Shown: piece after piece, positions 60,338-64,000 of the stretch
Numbering within the stretch: the stretch's first letter is position 1
Layout of the letters: every line of letters starts with the position of its first letter
Origin: Gammaproteobacteria bacterium
GTDB taxonomy: Bacteria > Pseudomonadota > Gammaproteobacteria > Eutrophobiales > Eutrophobiaceae
Length of the DNA: 64,000 nucleotides
Assembly (NCBI GenBank): GCA_965243205.1
Contig: CBDEUK010000002.1
Location: 768,001 to 832,000 of the forward strand
Direction: 5' to 3'
Notes under the pieces: generated by a model
The model's input: the letters and a program-made list of their open reading frames with translations, nothing else
Database searches by the model: none
What the model was told of the DNA's origin: nothing
Position numbers and translations under genes: made by a program

Positions 60338-60802
60338 ATGCAGCATATAAAACACCTTATTTTTTTAACACTGATCACGTTTTCAACATTTAGTAGCGCT
60401 GAATTTCAAATTAAACAACTATGTGAGTCAGATTCAGAAATTGAAGCTAATACAGGTAGAAAACATAAATTTTATGCTGCCATGCTTGCTTTCAATAATG
60501 AACCTCCTCGTTGCCTTAGAAACAACCCTGTTGTTGATAATGCTACTACCTTAGAAGCTGAGTTATCTAATAATGCACAAACCAATGACATCATCGTAAC
60601 AATTGTATTAACTGAGGAAGGTAAGAAATTATTTTCTGATTACACTAATCAAAACACTGAGAGTGAAATAGCATTAGTCGTTGATGACAAGATACTAACC
60701 ATGCTTAATATAATCCAACCAATAAATGATGGCGTTATTCAAATTCATGGGCTTTGGTATGAAGATTCTATCCGCTTAAGTAATGCAATTAATTTAAAAT
60801 AA
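60338..60802 (+). CDS. Exported protein with SecDF P1 head-like domain
   Basis: Signal peptide; LTEEG...F..YT..N....IALVVDD.I.....I..PI..G.IQI. Confidence 0.68.
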   Translation: MQHIKHLIFLTLITFSTFSSAEFQIKQLCESDSEIEANTGRKHKFYAAMLAFNNEPPRCLRNNPVVDNATTLEAELSNNAQTNDIIVTIVLTEEGKKLFSDYTNQNTESEIALVVDDKILTMLNIIQPINDGVIQIHGLWYEDSIRLSNAINLK

Positions 60803-60805
60803 CGT

Positions 60806-61591
60806 ATGCCAATTAATTTGTTTACAAAACGTATCGGTAAAGATACTGAAACGACTTTAATCTTCTTGCATGGCTTATTTGGTAATCATCGAAATTTATT
60901 ACCAATAGCAAGAAAGTTTGAAAACCAATTTAATATCGTATTAACTGATTTACGCAATCATGGTCAATCACAGCATAATGATTTAATCGATTACGAATCA
61001 ATGTGTGATGATGTAAATCATCTTATTTCCAATACTCATCAACAACAAGCGATCATTATTGGTCATAGCATGGGTGGTAAAGTTGCTATGTTGCATGCTC
61101 TAAAATACCCCGAAACAACACAGGGTATTTTTATATTGGATATCGCGCCCGTGGATTATTCATTTGATTATCTTTCCGTGATTAAAAACTTACAGAATAT
61201 TGATTTGGCCAAGCTTGGCTCACGCGAACAAGCGGATACTGAATTAGCACTTCATTATAAAAACAAAGACTTCCGACAATTTTTATTACAAAACTTAATT
61301 AGAGTGAACAATCAATTCCAATGGAGATTGAATCTAAATGCAATAAAACAACATCACTCTAGTATTTGTCAGTTTCCAAAAAAGTCTTTTAAGGCCTATA
61401 CAAAACCAACGTATTTTTTGGCTGGTGAAGTATCAGACTATGTAACGAGTAAATATCAAAAACGAATCGAAGAGTTATTCCCGAATTATCTACTTCATCA
61501 TGAACCTAATGCAGGTCACTGGCTGCATGCTGAAAAACCAGAACGGGTTATCTCGCACCTACAGCAATTTTTAAATTCATTTGAACAATAA
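60806..61591 (+). CDS. Alpha/beta hydrolase (YbfF-like esterase)
   Basis: HGLFG, DLRNHG, GHSMGGK, DIAP and AGHWLHAEKP motifs. Confidence 0.9.
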   Translation: MPINLFTKRIGKDTETTLIFLHGLFGNHRNLLPIARKFENQFNIVLTDLRNHGQSQHNDLIDYESMCDDVNHLISNTHQQQAIIIGHSMGGKVAMLHALKYPETTQGIFILDIAPVDYSFDYLSVIKNLQNIDLAKLGSREQADTELALHYKNKDFRQFLLQNLIRVNNQFQWRLNLNAIKQHHSSICQFPKKSFKAYTKPTYFLAGEVSDYVTSKYQKRIEELFPNYLLHHEPNAGHWLHAEKPERVISHLQQFLNSFEQ

Positions 61592-61676
61592 AAAAACCTG
61601 CTTTCGCTTCACCCAAAAGAGCAATATCGCTACAATGCCGACCAATTTCCAATGAATAGATAAAAACTATAACCCC

Positions 61677-62894
61677 ATGAGCAAACAAAACATATCTAAA
61701 ATCGTCTTAGCCTATTCAGGTGGACTCGATACTTCTGTCATTCTCAAATGGCTACAAGAACAATACGACTGTGAAGTCGTCACATTTACCGCAGATATCG
61801 GTCAGGGAGAAGAAGTCGAACCAGCCCGAGCCAAAGCCGAAGCCCTTGGCGTAAAAGAAATTTATATTGAAGATCTGACCGAAGATTTTGTACGCAATTA
61901 TGTCTATCCAATGTTTCGCGCCAACACCATTTATGAAGGCGAATATTTACTCGGTACTTCCATTGCACGTCCTCTGATCGCTAGACGTTTAGTTGAGATT
62001 GCCGCTGAGACGGGTGCAGATGCCATATCACATGGCGCAACAGGTAAAGGCAACGACCAAGTTCGATTTGAATTAGGCGCTTACGCGTTAAATTCTGATA
62101 TCAAAGTCATCGCTCCTTGGCGCGAATGGGATTTGAATTCACGTGAAAAATTACTCAAATTCGCCGAAGATAACAGCATTCCTATCGAAGCCAAGCGTAA
62201 AGGTGGCTCCCCATACTCTATGGATGCCAATCTTCTACATATCTCATACGAAGGCGGCATCCTTGAAGATCCTTGGGCAGAACCTGAAGAATCGATGTGG
62301 CGCTGGACTACCTCTCCAGAAAATGCCCCTGATGAAGCTCAAGTTATTGAATTAACGTTTAAAAATGGTGATATCACGGCAATCGATGGCACTATGATGA
62401 CGCCAGCTCAAGTACTCGCAAAACTTAACCTCGTTGGTGGTAAGCATGGCATTGGGCGTTCCGATATCGTTGAAAACCGTTATGTAGGCATGAAATCCCG
62501 AGGTTGTTATGAAACGCCTGGCGGAACCATCATGTTGAAAGCACATCGAGCAATGGAATCTCTGACTCTAGACCGTGAAGTTGCTCATTTAAAAGATGAA
62601 TTAATGCCGCGTTATGCCAAATTAATCTATAACGGTTACTGGTGGAGCCCTGAACGCCTAATGCTACAAGCCGCAATCGATGATTCACAACGCACGGTTA
62701 ATGGGAACGTGAGACTCAAACTTTATAAAGGTTCGGTGTCAATAATCGGTCGACAATCTGACTCTCACAGCCTATTTAACGCCAACATAGCAACATTTGA
62801 AGACGATGCTGGAGCTTATGATCAGAGTGATGCAGAGGGTTTTATCAAGCTTAATGCCCTCAGGTTACGATTGAATAAAGATCCAGGTTATTAA
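61677..62894 (+). CDS. argG: Argininosuccinate synthase
   Basis: [23 protein letters not shown] and [10 protein letters not shown] motifs. Confidence 0.97.
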   Translation: MSKQNISKIVLAYSGGLDTSVILKWLQEQYDCEVVTFTADIGQGEEVEPARAKAEALGVKEIYIEDLTEDFVRNYVYPMFRANTIYEGEYLLGTSIARPLIARRLVEIAAETGADAISHGATGKGNDQVRFELGAYALNSDIKVIAPWREWDLNSREKLLKFAEDNSIPIEAKRKGGSPYSMDANLLHISYEGGILEDPWAEPEESMWRWTTSPENAPDEAQVIELTFKNGDITAIDGTMMTPAQVLAKLNLVGGKHGIGRSDIVENRYVGMKSRGCYETPGGTIMLKAHRAMESLTLDREVAHLKDELMPRYAKLIYNGYWWSPERLMLQAAIDDSQRTVNGNVRLKLYKGSVSIIGRQSDSHSLFNANIATFEDDAGAYDQSDAEGFIKLNALRLRLNKDPGY

Positions 62895-63105
62895 ACACTT
62901 ATAGGGCTAATTTTGTGAATATGTTTACATTATTAGCCCATTTCCTTGCTTGCTAAGACACCCACCTACTTCTAGTCTTATCACGATGGTCTAAGTTTTG
63001 CAGTTTTATTATTGCTCGCACAGCGAAATTTAAACCAGAAACTCGTATTTATTATAAGAATAGCCGAAAAGCTGATGAAGACGGTTTTTCGGAGTGGATT
63101 TATCG

Positions 63106-64000
63106 ATGGAAAAGCAAGTTAAAAGTCATTTGGACGATGACGATTTTGGTATAGAAAGTGCCAATTTTGACGTCACGTCTGAAAATATCGTTTTAAGTAA
63201 CGATGAGATTTACAAAAGCAATCATTCATTTGAGCAAGCGCCAACTGGTATCTGCATAAACTTGATTGGAGCTGTGTTATTGACCATATGGCTATGGCAA
63301 ACCGTTCCAGAATTCGTTTTGATCCCTTGGTTATTTTTCATAACGACCAATACATTTATTCATTTTTCGATAATTAATCAATATAGAAAATCGATAAATC
63401 GTTCCAGAGTTAAAAAAAGCTGGGCTTTTTATAATGGTTTTTTATTTAGTATCTATGCTATTGCCTGGGGTATTGGATATCACTTCATATTTCCTCATTT
63501 AGACTCTAACCAACAAATTTTTCTATACTATTTGTCTGGGATATATTTGCTGTCGTTAATTCCAGTTTTATCATCGACCCATAAAGCTTATCTATGTGTT
63601 ATCGTAGGTTTTGCCGTTCCATTATTAGCTTTAGCATTTGAATATTCAGAGTCTGATGCCTTTATAACAAGTGGCCTTATTTTATTCACTGGTATTGCCT
63701 TAGCTTTTATTTCTAAAAAATATCAAAATACGATTAACCAATCGTATTCGTTGGCAATGGATATCAAACACACCAGTGAAAAAATGCACCTTGAACATAT
63801 GGAGAAGTTCAGTCAAGCGTACAAAAAGAATATTACAAAACATAAAACTGAAACCAAACGTGTTATCGAAGAAAAAGATCATGTTGTTAAAACATTAACC
63901 AGTATTGGTGAAGCTATTTTAACCACAGATGCTAAAGGTAAGATTACCTATATCAACCCTGTAGCCGAGGTGTATCTCGGTTGGCAAAAACAACATGCCA
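63106..64000 (+). CDS. Membrane sensor with several TM helices followed by a PAS domain (truncated by the window; probable GGDEF/EAL protein or kinase)
   Basis: Open frame from ATG 63106 to the window end, ending TLTSIGEAILTTDAKGKITYINPVAEVYLGW. Not in the ORF track because it has no stop in the window. Confidence 0.8.
   Translation, partial: MEKQVKSHLDDDDFGIESANFDVTSENIVLSNDEIYKSNHSFEQAPTGICINLIGAVLLTIWLWQTVPEFVLIPWLFFITTNTFIHFSIINQYRKSINRSRVKKSWAFYNGFLFSIYAIAWGIGYHFIFPHLDSNQQIFLYYLSGIYLLSLIPVLSSTHKAYLCVIVGFAVPLLALAFEYSESDAFITSGLILFTGIALAFISKKYQNTINQSYSLAMDIKHTSEKMHLEHMEKFSQAYKKNITKHKTETKRVIEEKDHVVKTLTSIGEAILTTDAKGKITYINPVAEVYLGWQKQHA

Noticed and set aside
63066-63078. Hammerhead ribozyme core (CTGATGA, GAAA)
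   Set aside because: I could not build the three required stems; the segment folds as a simple hairpin.

Overview
AT-rich chromosomal segment from a gammaproteobacterium that is probably free-living and motile (inferred from gene content and sigma28-like promoters). The housekeeping backbone is scpB-scpA-yciO / yciB-yciI-bolA-dam, dapE, aceA with a LysR regulator, clpS-clpA, argA-argE / ilvD, pgpA, dacB, aceE-aceF and argG. I recognised no rRNA, tRNA, CRISPR array, transposase or integrase. Six accessory modules stand out. (1) A type I secretion operon: hlyB-hlyD, a small 4-TM gene, and a 2313-aa RTX protein with a FrpC-type Asp-Pro self-processing module. The module would release a 223-aa N-terminal fragment that resembles a colicin pore domain, giving a candidate toxin-immunity system. 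(2) A divergent locus with two overlapping Zur-like boxes, a ZnuD-like TonB-dependent receptor and two paralogous His-motif proteins with VPxP-CTERM (exosortase-type) tails, a candidate surface zinc-capture system. (3) An Ile-rich leader peptide with a complete attenuator in front of a P-loop kinase-like gene. (4) Decayed attC-like sites among cassette-like genes. (5) A dam gene whose intact N-terminus has no ATG, GTG or TTG start (TAATC junction with bolA). (6) An XRE-regulated PspA plus polytopic membrane protein pair. All family calls come from motif recognition by eye; no database searches were run.
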